A program made the translations under genes and the position numbers. A DNA stretch of 38,664 nucleotides. It comes from Spirochaetaceae bacterium (GTDB taxonomy: Bacteria; Spirochaetota; Spirochaetia; Treponematales; Breznakiellaceae). The DNA lies in the NCBI GenBank assembly GCA_031273985.1, contig JAISQV010000206.1, forward strand, positions 1 to 38,664. Direction: 5' to 3'. Shown piece after piece: positions 23,785-32,354 of the stretch (position 1 is its first letter; each line of letters starts with the position of its first letter). The notes under the pieces are model-generated. The model worked only from the letters and a program-made list of their open reading frames with translations, ran no database searches and was not told where the DNA came from.

Positions 23785-25882
23785 ACGCGCCGGCCTTGAG
23801 GAAATTAGGGATTTCCCCGTCCTCCGGGAGGTCCTCCGCGTAGTCCCCGGCGGGGCCGTCTTCCGGGCCTGCTCCCTCTTCGGACTCGCCGCTGTAGCCG
23901 CCGTCATCGTAGAGCCCCCGGAGCTTTTCCTCCTGTTCCGCCAGGACCGCGGGGTCTTCGGCCTCGCCTTCCGGCGCGAACCAGCGGGGGCCCGAAAGCT
24001 TCGCTATGGCGGGCCGGGCTGCGCGCAGCGCGCCCTCCCGGTCGGTGAAGGCCGGCGGGAAGAGGCGCGCCTTGAAGACCGGGTCATCGTAGTACACGTT
24101 TTTTTTACCGATATAGGGCGGCTGCCCCTGGCAGATGAGAATGAACTCGTCCAGGGGGAGCTTCATCACCTCGTCGGCGTTGATAAGATTGCGCTCCTGG
24201 TCCTGGGCGCTGAGGCTCGCATTGTTGAAGCCCAGGGCCCCCCTTGCGCCCGAATAACTTATATTGGCCCGGCTTACGGATTCCCTGCCGCAAATCTTGC
24301 TTATGGTCTCGGCGTTATCATATTCCCCGGCGCCGGGGGCGTAGAAAATAGTGTTGCGGCAATGGGCCAGAAAGGAATGGTCTTTTCCGTAGATACTGTT
24401 GAGCTGGTTTATCGATTGGAAGATCAGGAAGTAGTGGATACCGAACCCGTTATGGATGCCCATGTTCATGTGCAGCTCCTCCATTTTGCCGAGCTTGTCG
24501 AACTCGTCGAGGATGAAGAGCAGGGGGATTTTGAATTTACGGTTTGTCGCCTGGGTTTCGCCGGAGGTGAAGCGGCGGGAGAAGAGCAGCACGAACATAC
24601 GGATCAGGGCGCTGATACGCTGGACGTCTGAGTACTGGATGGTGATGTACAGGCTTACGGGCACGGGGCTTTCCACAAATTCATCGATGTAGAATTCCGA
24701 GTTTTGGGTGTTGCGCTTGATTTTGGCGTCGGCGAAGACGGCCAGTGCGTTATTTACGGTGGAAAGCACGGAGCCGCCCTCGTCGCCGGGTCTTTTGCGC
24801 TGCGCGCCGGCGCCCTCCACGACGGACTGATGAATGGCGGGGTCCCCGTGGTCCGCGTTGATCATCAGATCGTAGATGTATTTGGTGTTTCCGGGGTCCG
24901 AGGGGTCCTGGAGTGCAAGGAATTCCCGGCATCCTGCCAGACTCTTGTTGGGCCAGTCGGAGCAGAGGCAGTGCAGGATCAGGGCTGTAAGGAAGTCGCG
25001 GGCCGCCGTGGTGAAGTGCTCGCTGGTGGCGTTGCCGGAGCCGGAGGCCGGCGTGGTGAGGATGTCGGCTTCGAGGTTGGCGTCGCTGAAGGCGTCCTCG
25101 CCCCCGCGGATCTCCATCATGGGGTTGAAGTGGTGCCCGGCGTTACCCACGGGCTCCCAGCGGTAGACCTTGCCGAATTTGGCGCGGAACCCCGAAGTCA
25201 GGTTGAAATTCTCTCCCTTGAAGTCCAGTACGATGACGCTGCCGGGATATGAGAGGAGGGTCGGTATGACGCTGGAGACGCCCTTGCCGCTCCGTGTGGG
25301 CGCGGAAAGGACGGTGTTATAGATGCCGGCCTGGATGATCTTCCGGGAAGGTTTGAGAAGATGCAGCACCACGGAATCCTTTTCCGTGTCGTAGACGGCG
25401 GAAAGCCGCGCCGCGCCGGTCTCTCCGAGGATCATGCCGCCCCGGAGCCCGAGGATGCCGGCCTTTTTCAGGTCCCGCACCGTGGCCCAGCGCGCCGTCC
25501 CGAAAATATTCTGTTTCCGGTTGCGCAGTATGATGAATTCGAGGAACAGGTAGAACACGATGGCGGAGACGGAGGTGTAGCCCGCTATTTTGACGGCCTC
25601 GTACAGGAAGGGATGTATGTCGAGGCGTTTGTAATAGACCAGGCACCAGTAGAAGATCAGGTAGGGCTTATACAGGGGGTAGGAGACGTTCCCGAAGCGG
25701 AGTACGGAGAAGGGAGCCCCCACCCAGCCGGGCTCGTAGTTCACGAGGGCGCAGAATCTCTGCGTACTGGCCCAGAAGCCGGCGATGATGATGAGGAAGG
25801 TTGTCAGTTTGAACAGCAGGCTGAGGAGCTGCTCTCCGGTGGTATCAACGGGCTTGCCCCGCAGGAATTCGTTCTTACTCAT
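23777..25882 (-). CDS. traG: Type IV coupling protein TraG / VirD4
   Basis: N-terminal TM segments, Walker A APTRSGKGVSSVIPTLL, Walker B LLFILDEFDKLG. Confidence 0.92.
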   Translation of the reverse strand: MSKNEFLRGKPVDTTGEQLLSLLFKLTTFLIIIAGFWASTQRFCALVNYEPGWVGAPFSVLRFGNVSYPLYKPYLIFYWCLVYYKRLDIHPFLYEAVKIAGYTSVSAIVFYLFLEFIILRNRKQNIFGTARWATVRDLKKAGILGLRGGMILGETGAARLSAVYDTEKDSVVLHLLKPSRKIIQAGIYNTVLSAPTRSGKGVSSVIPTLLSYPGSVIVLDFKGENFNLTSGFRAKFGKVYRWEPVGNAGHHFNPMMEIRGGEDAFSDANLEADILTTPASGSGNATSEHFTTAARDFLTALILHCLCSDWPNKSLAGCREFLALQDPSDPGNTKYIYDLMINADHGDPAIHQSVVEGAGAQRKRPGDEGGSVLSTVNNALAVFADAKIKRNTQNSEFYIDEFVESPVPVSLYITIQYSDVQRISALIRMFVLLFSRRFTSGETQATNRKFKIPLLFILDEFDKLGKMEELHMNMGIHNGFGIHYFLIFQSINQLNSIYGKDHSFLAHCRNTIFYAPGAGEYDNAETISKICGRESVSRANISYSGARGALGFNNASLSAQDQERNLINADEVMKLPLDEFILICQGQPPYIGKKNVYYDDPVFKARLFPPAFTDREGALRAARPAIAKLSGPRWFAPEGEAEDPAVLAEQEEKLRGLYDDGGYSGESEEGAGPEDGPAGDYAEDLPEDGEIPNFLKAGAYD

Positions 25883-25918
25883 CGCAGCCGGTTACCCGTT
25901 TCAGCGTTCTGATTGTCA

Positions 25919-26128
25919 TTACCATCCTCCTTTACTGCACGGAAGCAGGGCCTGAACCGTTTCATCAAAAGCCGTATCTTCTTTCGGGGCCCGGTCCGTT
26001 TCCGGCACACAGGCGGAACAGAGATACTTCTCGGCCCAGTAACAGGGAACGCCGGTCTTCTCAATACATTGGTGACAGTCGTCATCGGTACAGCCGCACA
26101 CCCGGCACCGGCGTTTTCCGGCGCTCAC
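25919..26128 (-). CDS. Small cysteine-rich (zinc-binding-like) protein
   Basis: 69 aa. RCRVCGCTDDDCHQCIEKTGVPCYWAEKYLCSAC. 4-nt overlap with the upstream gene. Confidence 0.6.
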   Translation of the reverse strand: MSAGKRRCRVCGCTDDDCHQCIEKTGVPCYWAEKYLCSACVPETDRAPKEDTAFDETVQALLPCSKGGW

Positions 26129-27045
26129 CGGCTCCGCCCCCGCGCCAGCTTTTGCTCCTGTTTCTGTTCCCGGACCGGCTGGGGATTCCGCCGCTGTTCA
26201 TCGCGGGCTTCCCGTATGATGTCCTTACATTCCGCCCCCGCGGCCTGGCAGATTTTTGAGAGCTTGTATGGATCGGTATGTTCCTTGCCTAACCGCTCGT
26301 CGAATGACTGTTTATAAACGGATTCCTGCAATTTGCCTGAAAATTCCTTCGCCTGTTCCGGGCTTACCTTGAACTTGCCCCCCATGGAGACCGCGGCCAG
26401 GTACTGGCCCAGGTATTTTTCCGGCTCGGTGGAGGTGCAGGCGATCTCCGGCCCCGGCCCCTTCTGTCCGGGTTCATAGGGCTTGTAATTATTCCCGTAT
26501 TGCTGCTTGAGGAATTCCGTCCTCTCCTGCTGCTGTTCCTGGACATGCTTTGCAGCCCAGTCCTTGAGGGCCCAGGGCTTGGTGGTCTGGGCCGCATTGT
26601 AGAGAAGCGCGTTCTTCTGTTCCCATTCCCCGCTTCCTTCATTTCTGACTTGGAAACTGACGGTTACCGGCTTCTCATCCTTGCGGATAAAAATCTGGTC
26701 TCCCGTTTCCGCCCTGGCTTTGTCGATCTGATTACGGGTAACGTACTCAGGCGTGGGGAACCCGTTTCGTTTCTGGAAGTCCTTGAGGTACAGGAGGCTT
26801 ACGCCGTGGTAGCGGGTATCGTTGGCGATATTGACCGCGGGGGCCGTATCGGCGTAGCCGTCCTTTCCGGAGAGGCAGGGCAGCGTTCCGTTCTCCAGGG
26901 ATTCTAAGATTACCTTTCTTTGATGGAGCGCGTTGAGGAACGCAACCTCCTCCGGGGTTTTGGGCTCCCCCCGGCCTTCGATGATTTCTTCCGACACATC
27001 CGCGGAAGCGGCAGTTTCGGCATTGCCTTCTAATTCGTCTGACAT
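26125..27045 (-). CDS. ArdC-N-like ssDNA-binding (antirestriction-type) domain protein
   Basis: AAGGAG RBS before ATG 27045. NIANDTRYHGVSLLYLKDFQKRNGFPTPEYVTRNQIDKARAETGDQIFIRKDEKPVTVSF resembles the ArdC N-terminal domain pattern (N..t...Y.G.N...L......g.....w.T..Q.....G..v.kge). No metalloprotease motif was seen. Confidence 0.65.
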   Translation of the reverse strand: MSDELEGNAETAASADVSEEIIEGRGEPKTPEEVAFLNALHQRKVILESLENGTLPCLSGKDGYADTAPAVNIANDTRYHGVSLLYLKDFQKRNGFPTPEYVTRNQIDKARAETGDQIFIRKDEKPVTVSFQVRNEGSGEWEQKNALLYNAAQTTKPWALKDWAAKHVQEQQQERTEFLKQQYGNNYKPYEPGQKGPGPEIACTSTEPEKYLGQYLAAVSMGGKFKVSPEQAKEFSGKLQESVYKQSFDERLGKEHTDPYKLSKICQAAGAECKDIIREARDEQRRNPQPVREQKQEQKLARGRSR

Positions 27046-27173
27046 GATTGACTCCTTTGCGTTTATTTTCACCGCCTCAAGAGAAGCGATTAAAAAACCC
27101 TCCAAGGCGTGTTATAACCAGCTTTATCTTTTTACTTTTTTTCATACCGTATCGGCATCCTTGCCCGGTATGG

Positions 27174-27848
27174 TCAAAACAGCTCCCCCTGCCGCAACGC
27201 GGGCGCGGGGAGCTCCGGGGGCTTCCCGTCATGGCCCGCCTGCCGGGCGAGGGATACTTCCCCGGCGGCCTCGAAGCCCGCGGCGAAGGCCCCGGTTTTT
27301 ACCTGTCTCCGGGGCGGATTCTCTTCTTCAAGCGGGACGGCGCTTCTCACGTAGTCCGCCGCTTCCATGATTTTAGAATTCCGCCGGTCCTTCCAGGCGC
27401 AGGCCCCGCCCAGGGCGTGTATCCTGTCGTGAAGCCCGGCGGCGATACCGGCCCGGAAGTCCTGCCGGTAAAAGTATTTTGCGTTCTTGCGGAGGGCCCT
27501 CCTGGAAATGCGCTCTGTGGTTTTGACAAGGTACTGGTACATCTCGGAGGCCATGAACACGTCCAGCGGTTCCCCGGTAAAGACAACCGCCCCCTCGGTT
27601 CTATCGTGGTAGTAAAAACACCCGTAAAGCCACGCAACGGCGTATGCGAGGCGAAGGCGCCAGTTCACGTAATACTTTGTCGCCCTTACGCTGACGCTCT
27701 CGAATTTGAGGCCCTCCCCGTCTATGCCGTATTCCTCCATCAGGTAGTTGGCTTTCTCTATCGCCGCCGCGGCCTCGTTCTCGTTGTCGCTTCTGGACAG
27801 TTCGAGGAGTTTCCGCACCCGGCCCTTGATGGTTTCAGGATCGTTCAT
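27174..27848 (-). CDS. DUF2786-like protein
   Basis: The N-terminus IKGRVRKLLELSRSDNENEAAAAIEKANYLMEEYGI is the characteristic DUF2786 helix pair. Confidence 0.7.
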   Translation of the reverse strand: MNDPETIKGRVRKLLELSRSDNENEAAAAIEKANYLMEEYGIDGEGLKFESVSVRATKYYVNWRLRLAYAVAWLYGCFYYHDRTEGAVVFTGEPLDVFMASEMYQYLVKTTERISRRALRKNAKYFYRQDFRAGIAAGLHDRIHALGGACAWKDRRNSKIMEAADYVRSAVPLEEENPPRRQVKTGAFAAGFEAAGEVSLARQAGHDGKPPELPAPALRQGELF

Positions 27849-28020
27849 TGATTTGGTTTTCCCTTTGCATTAACTTAATTTTTAACGGGCATTGGGGTTA
27901 TTCTCATATAAATAGTCCCAAAGTAAAAAGTTTTTTCAGCTCCGGTATTTTGTTTTCGGTAAGATCACTCATTGATTAACTCCTCAGAACTGCCCCCGGA
28001 TAAAAGTATGTTTCCAAAAT

Positions 28021-29280
28021 TCACAGCTTAATCCCTTCCCGCCCGGCTCCCGAGGCCAGTTCCCGCGCAAGGGGGCCGGTGAAACCGCCTTCCGCTATCT
28101 CCCTCCGCACCTCGCTCCCGGAGCGTTTTACCATTACCGGCGTCAGGCGGCCCTGCTGGTTCTCACGAGCCTTGAGCGAAATAACGTCCCCATCGCGCAG
28201 CCACTGCCGCTCAGACCCCTCGCCGGCGGAGGGCCTCCGGAGAAGGGGCACGAAGTGCGCTTTCCCGTTGAGCCCTTCCAGCACTACCGCGTGGTTGTCG
28301 CTCGCGTCCCCGTCGATGCGGTACACCTTCGTTATTTTCCCGGTGATCTCCCCCTGCTCCCCCGTGTAGAGGCCCAGGCGGAGGGGGGAGGTGTACCGCA
28401 GCGCCCCGCGGGCCTTCAGAAAGGCGTTGTACCTTCCGTTGGCCTTGAGGCTTTCTTCCCACCGGGGGGAGAGTTTGTAGCCGCCGTCACTGTACCCGCA
28501 GAGTTTCAGCCTTTGCAGGTTCTCCAGCCGCTTCAGCAGGCGCCCCCGCTCCCGCTCGTCCCGCGCCCCTTCAAGGTTCACCCGGTAGGTGCCCCCGCAC
28601 AACTCTTTGAGCCGCCCGTCCAGCCTCGTGTAACGCGGCGCGGCCAGCTCCCGTTCCCGCTCGGTTTCCAGGTCTCCCCGGCTCCTCGCCCCGAGCTGGG
28701 CCGTGCACAGGTCCCGCGCGTGTTCCCGCATAAAGGTGCGCACCAGGTCTCTGGGGAATTCGACCTCCTTCCCGTTCCGGTCCCTGCCGTTGATCAGGAG
28801 GTGGGCGTGGGGATGCGCCGTGTTGTAGTGATTGGCGGCCTGCCAGTAAAGACGCAGCCCGGTCTCCATCTCAAGACGCTTCACGAAACGCTCCGTCAGC
28901 GCTTTCAGGTCCGCCTTGTCAGACTGGGGGCTCAGGAATATCCTGAAGTTCTTTCCGGCCATGTTTTGCCGGTACTCCTCCAGGTCTGTCCCGTAGAGCC
29001 GGGCCCGGCTTCCGTCCCGGTCAGTCCCCTCCCGGATCAGGTATTTCTCCAACTGGACCCGGTGCGCCTCTATGCTCCGGGAATACTGCATCTTGACCGT
29101 GCACTTCTGGCGGGCGTCAACGCGCCGAAACCTTCCCCCCCGGAACCCGCCGCCCGACCCCCGCGCCTTCCGGGGGCGCAGGAGCCGGGCCAGGGCCTGC
29201 GCCGAGTCCTGCCCCTCCCGCCTCCGCCTGAAGCCGGGTTTGATCCGGTATTCCCGGCTTTCAAATAAAAAATGACGCAC
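28021..29280 (-). CDS. Relaxase (VirD2-like / MOB-P-type relaxase-mobilisation nuclease)
   Basis: Histidine-triad motif NHYNTAHPHAHLLINGRD. The N-terminal FRIKPG...VKMQYSR...AHRVQLEKYLIREG pattern is typical of DUF3363-type relaxases. GTG start. Confidence 0.8.
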   Translation of the reverse strand: MRHFLFESREYRIKPGFRRRREGQDSAQALARLLRPRKARGSGGGFRGGRFRRVDARQKCTVKMQYSRSIEAHRVQLEKYLIREGTDRDGSRARLYGTDLEEYRQNMAGKNFRIFLSPQSDKADLKALTERFVKRLEMETGLRLYWQAANHYNTAHPHAHLLINGRDRNGKEVEFPRDLVRTFMREHARDLCTAQLGARSRGDLETERERELAAPRYTRLDGRLKELCGGTYRVNLEGARDERERGRLLKRLENLQRLKLCGYSDGGYKLSPRWEESLKANGRYNAFLKARGALRYTSPLRLGLYTGEQGEITGKITKVYRIDGDASDNHAVVLEGLNGKAHFVPLLRRPSAGEGSERQWLRDGDVISLKARENQQGRLTPVMVKRSGSEVRREIAEGGFTGPLARELASGAGREGIKL

Positions 29281-29355
29281 GGTTCACACCCCTGCAAGCT
29301 CTGAAAATAGAGCTTTATTCGCCTTCAGGCCGCGCAAGGGATAGCAGCGGAAATC

Positions 29356-29382
29356 TTTTGTTGCCCCATACGGGCAACAAAA
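29356..29382. promoter_or_regulatory. 11-bp-stem inverted repeat in the ihf-relaxase spacer
   Basis: TTTTGTTGCCC-CATAC-GGGCAACAAAA. A second inverted repeat, TCCCCGG-TGAAG-CCGGGGA, follows at about 29402-29420. Confidence 0.4.
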
Positions 29383-29470
29383 ATTGGAGCGGATAGCCCG
29401 GTCCCCGGTGAAGCCGGGGATGCGCCCGTAGTCCGAATCGATGGTATGCGTAAGCTCTGATCGCATAGCT

Positions 29471-29758
29471 TTACTTTGCCTCCCGCTTCCATACCAAACG
29501 CCTGAGTTTTTGGGAAGGGCGGAAAATAATCTTGTCGTGCGCGGGGACTATGTTCTTTTGGGACCACAAGCTGGGATACTTTTTCTCTTGAATCTTCTTC
29601 ACCTCGAAGGTGCCCAGGCCCCGCAGCTCGATACGCTTGCCCTGGGCAAGGGTATCAGCCATCCAGTCAACCATGACGTTCACGCAGAGTGCCGCCTCGT
29701 GCATGGTGAGGCCCGTTCCCGCCCTCAGCGCCTGTATCAGGTCCCCGCGAGCCGCCAT
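29471..29758 (-). CDS. HU/IHF-family DNA-bending protein
   Basis: 95 aa. LTMHEAALCVNVMVDWMADTLAQGKRIELRGLGTFEVKK...IFRPSQKL matches the HU/IHF fold pattern. Confidence 0.85.
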   Translation of the reverse strand: MAARGDLIQALRAGTGLTMHEAALCVNVMVDWMADTLAQGKRIELRGLGTFEVKKIQEKKYPSLWSQKNIVPAHDKIIFRPSQKLRRLVWKREAK

Positions 29759-29777
29759 AGCCCCCCGCTTAAGCCCC

Positions 29778-29957
29778 TCATCCCTTCCGCTCCTTTTTAT
29801 AGCGCGTCCCGGAGCGGCGGCTATTCATTGCGGATATTTCCCGCACCGCATAGGACCTGGCAAATTTGCGCATGGCTTCCACGCATTGTTCTATGGGCAT
29901 TTCTTTGATGGAGTAGACAATCGGAATAATTTCGTTGTCTGTCATACTTTCAATCAT
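29778..29957 (-). CDS. Unannotated 59-aa ORF (below the track threshold), hypothetical
   Basis: Read by hand: MIESMTDNEIIPIVYSIKEMPIEQCVEAMRKFARSYAVREISAMNSRRSGTRYKKERKG. Protein-like composition, a G-rich stretch upstream, and it ends 19 nt before the IHF-like ATG. Confidence 0.35.
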   Translation of the reverse strand: MIESMTDNEIIPIVYSIKEMPIEQCVEAMRKFARSYAVREISAMNSRRSGTRYKKERKG

Positions 29958-30013
29958 TTATGACCCCCGCATCCGTTTGCTACAGGTCCTGGACCCGCAT
30001 AGCAAATGCCCCT

Positions 30014-30148
30014 GTTATTCGCTCGATTCGCAGAGCTTTGCCCGGTTATTCGCTTTACTAGCAGAGCATTGGCCCTGTTTTGGGCGGTTATTCGCTCTGT
30101 TCGCAGAGCTTTGCCCTTTTTATTCGCTTTACTAGCAGAGCAACGGGG
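30014..30148. repeat. Four ~30-bp direct repeats TTATTCGCT-N6/7-GCAGAGC (centromere/parS-like array)
   Basis: TTATTCGCT occurs at 30015, 30046, 30088 and 30120. Two alternating subtypes (..CGATTCGCAGAGCTTTGCCC and ..TTACTAGCAGAGCA). A related near-palindrome TGCTTTACTAGCAAAGCA (30333-30350) abuts the parB stop. Confidence 0.6.
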
Positions 30149-30162
30149 CGGAGAAGTACAGG

Positions 30163-30308
30163 CTAAGTACCGGGTGCACCCGTGGTATATACCGCTAAGT
30201 GCCGGGCAAACCCGTGAGTTAGCCGCTGCCGGTATATACCCAAAACCGGCTGGATATACCGCCAAGTGCCGGGTAAACCCGTGAGTTACAGCGGCCGGAT
30301 ATACACCC
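30163..30308. repeat. Second repeat family with GGTATATACC palindromes and GGC(T/C)GGATATAC border-like motifs (candidate oriT)
   Basis: Units at 30163-30193, 30194-30240 and 30261-30308 share (C)TAAGT(A/G)CCGGG-N4-CCCGTG. GGTATATACC occurs at 30184-30193 and 30231-30240. GGATATAC occurs at 30252-30259 and 30297-30304. Confidence 0.6.
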
Positions 30309-30350
30309 TTTATCTTGCCTCCATGGGCCATTTGCTTTACTAGCAAAGCA

Positions 30351-31178
30351 TTACACCTCATCAATCAGCGCTTTTCGCGTATTCCCGGGCAAAAGCGCGT
30401 AAAAAACCGCTTTTTCGCCCTTTTTCAGGAAATGATCGACCAATAACCGAGCCGGAGCCGCTTCGCTCATCGCAATCAAGTGAATAACCGCGCTCCGTAA
30501 AAATTTATTCCTGATGCCGGTCTGGTAATCAGCGGATTCCCGGCTTTCCTTTTCAGAAGCAGCAGCAGCCTCCGCCCCGGTGCCGGCGGAGGCTTTTCCC
30601 CTCCGGGGTTTGGTGATCTGCTTGTACACCGCCCCGATTGTCTTCTCCCCGCTCTGTACCGCTTTCAGCTCCTCTTCCGGCGCTTCCAGCAGAATCTTCC
30701 GTGCCTGGTATATCGTCGAGGGGCTCACCCCGATCCGCTCCGCAAGCTGCTCCGCGGCGCGCCCCGTCCCGTCCTTCTTCTTCCTCCCGTGAATCATCTG
30801 CGCCGCCTGCAGTATCTCCGAAGAAGTAAGATTGCGCCGTAATACCTGCCGCTCGAAGGTATAGAGCATCGCCTCTTCCATGTCGGCAAACTCCATCTCC
30901 GCCGCGGGTATCTCATCCAGCCCGAGCTCCTTCGCCGCGGCAAGCCGCGTGTGCCCGTCTACCAGAATATTCCGCCCTTTCCATATTACGACGGGCTGGC
31001 TCTTGTCGTAGCCGAATTTCTCGATCTTCTCTTTGATCTCAAGAAAGGTCTTGTTTTCGATCTTGAAAATCCGGGCTATCTCAGGCTCTATCACCACGTC
31101 AGCCACCCGCACGGGTTTCGCATAGTAGTTCCGCCCGGCGTTCCAGCCCGCCGTCTCAGGCGTCTCAAGCCGGGCCAT
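30351..31178 (-). CDS. parB: ParB-like nuclease/partition protein
   Basis: ParB N-domain ILVDGHTRLAAAKELGL and HTH GRAAEQLAERIGVSPSTIYQARKIL. ATG 31178 overlaps the parA stop (ATGA). The longer track ORF start was rejected. Confidence 0.85.
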   Translation of the reverse strand: MARLETPETAGWNAGRNYYAKPVRVADVVIEPEIARIFKIENKTFLEIKEKIEKFGYDKSQPVVIWKGRNILVDGHTRLAAAKELGLDEIPAAEMEFADMEEAMLYTFERQVLRRNLTSSEILQAAQMIHGRKKKDGTGRAAEQLAERIGVSPSTIYQARKILLEAPEEELKAVQSGEKTIGAVYKQITKPRRGKASAGTGAEAAAASEKESRESADYQTGIRNKFLRSAVIHLIAMSEAAPARLLVDHFLKKGEKAVFYALLPGNTRKALIDEV

Positions 31179-31993
31179 CAGAAGACCCCCGGCGCTTCCA
31201 GGGCGCCTTCGAAAAAGCAGCCGGCCAGCTCCGCTATCGCATGGTACAGGGCCGGGTTGTATACCGCCCCCGGCGCATCTTTCATGCAGGTAAGACGTTT
31301 GTGGTAATCCACCACCAGGTGTATCTGCGCCGTCCAGGGCAGCCATGTCTCCACCGGCGTCAGGGGAAACCCTCCCTTCCGGTACAAATCGATAAAATCA
31401 CTCTGCCGCCCGGAACGGGCCTCCTCGTAGCGCCGGTTGTAGCCGTTGATCAGGACGTACCAGCTTTTCAGGTCTTCCACATCCCTCGGCAGCACCTCGC
31501 TCATGAACATCGCCGCGTTGTAACTGAATAAATCCTTCAGTACCGGCGTTATGATGTAGTCCGCCGCGTGAAACGTGTTGAGCACAATGTTGTCGTAGGT
31601 CGGGTGGCAGTCGATGATCAGAATGTCGTACTTCCCGTAGAGGCCCGGAACCAGGCGCTTGAGCCGTTTCTCGCTCAGGGTCCTCATGTCGGCAAGGTAG
31701 GGCGTGGACGCTATCAGGTCCACCCCCGGCGTGTCGGTCGGCACGGCGAAGGAGCTCAGATCGTTGCCCTCATCGCTCAGCGCCGCCGCCAGATTCAGCT
31801 TCCGGGTCCGTTCCATCATCTCTTTGTTCAGAAAGTAAAAAGAGAGGCTGTTGTTCAGGTCGCTGTCGGCAAGCACTACCCGCTTGCCCGCGGCCGCGCA
31901 ATACTTGGCCAGCAGGATGGCTATGTTCGTTTTTCCCACCCCGCCCTTGATGAATCCCAACGACACTACCGTCGTCTTCGCTTCCTTTTCCAT
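31178..31993 (-). CDS. parA: ParA/Soj-family partition ATPase
   Basis: Deviant Walker A FIKGGVGKTN. GGAGGA RBS before ATG 31993. Confidence 0.9.
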   Translation of the reverse strand: MEKEAKTTVVSLGFIKGGVGKTNIAILLAKYCAAAGKRVVLADSDLNNSLSFYFLNKEMMERTRKLNLAAALSDEGNDLSSFAVPTDTPGVDLIASTPYLADMRTLSEKRLKRLVPGLYGKYDILIIDCHPTYDNIVLNTFHAADYIITPVLKDLFSYNAAMFMSEVLPRDVEDLKSWYVLINGYNRRYEEARSGRQSDFIDLYRKGGFPLTPVETWLPWTAQIHLVVDYHKRLTCMKDAPGAVYNPALYHAIAELAGCFFEGALEAPGVF

Positions 31994-32048
31994 TTGGCTT
32001 TCCTCCCACAAATGGCTTGTTTTCGGGAGAGCGGCCCTCTCCCGCCTC

Positions 32049-32354
32049 TTAGCGCTTGCTCACGAGCCTTCGCCGCGGCAGGCAGGCCTTTTCCCCGGCA
32101 AAACGCCGCTCGTTGTACCGCCTCACCCCGGCCAGATACTCCTCGTAGTCCCGCTGGTACGCCAGGGACTCATAGCCGGAGCGGTCTACCGGGCGCCGCT
32201 TCGCGTCTTCCAGCAGTTCCGTGTAGAACCGCCATTTCTCATCGTCACCGGCGCCGGAGAGCTTCTCGTCCAGATAGCGCTCCAACCGTTCCCGGGCCAT
32301 GGCCGCTGCCGTCTTCACGGGGGGCTCCCCCCGGTTTGCAATGTGTTCGTTCAT
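32049..32354 (-). CDS. Hypothetical small protein (first gene of the parAB-side operon)
   Basis: GGAGGAAAG RBS before ATG 32354 (MNEHIANRGEPP...). Helical, charged composition. No motif recognised. Confidence 0.5.
   Translation of the reverse strand: MNEHIANRGEPPVKTAAAMARERLERYLDEKLSGAGDDEKWRFYTELLEDAKRRPVDRSGYESLAYQRDYEEYLAGVRRYNERRFAGEKACLPRRRLVSKR

Noticed and set aside
29284-29567. Track ORFs 29284-29466(-) and 29325-29567(-) in and around the relaxase-ihf spacer.
   Set aside because: They have no RBS and mutually overlapping frames. One overlaps the IHF-like gene, and the sequence is dominated by hairpins. They were treated as non-coding.
30014-30308. Possible CRISPR array because of regularly spaced ~30-bp repeats.
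   Set aside because: The repeats are directly abutting or separated by at most 12 bp rather than by 30-40-bp unique spacers. Two different repeat families alternate, and no cas genes are present. The features fit centromere/oriT iterons instead.
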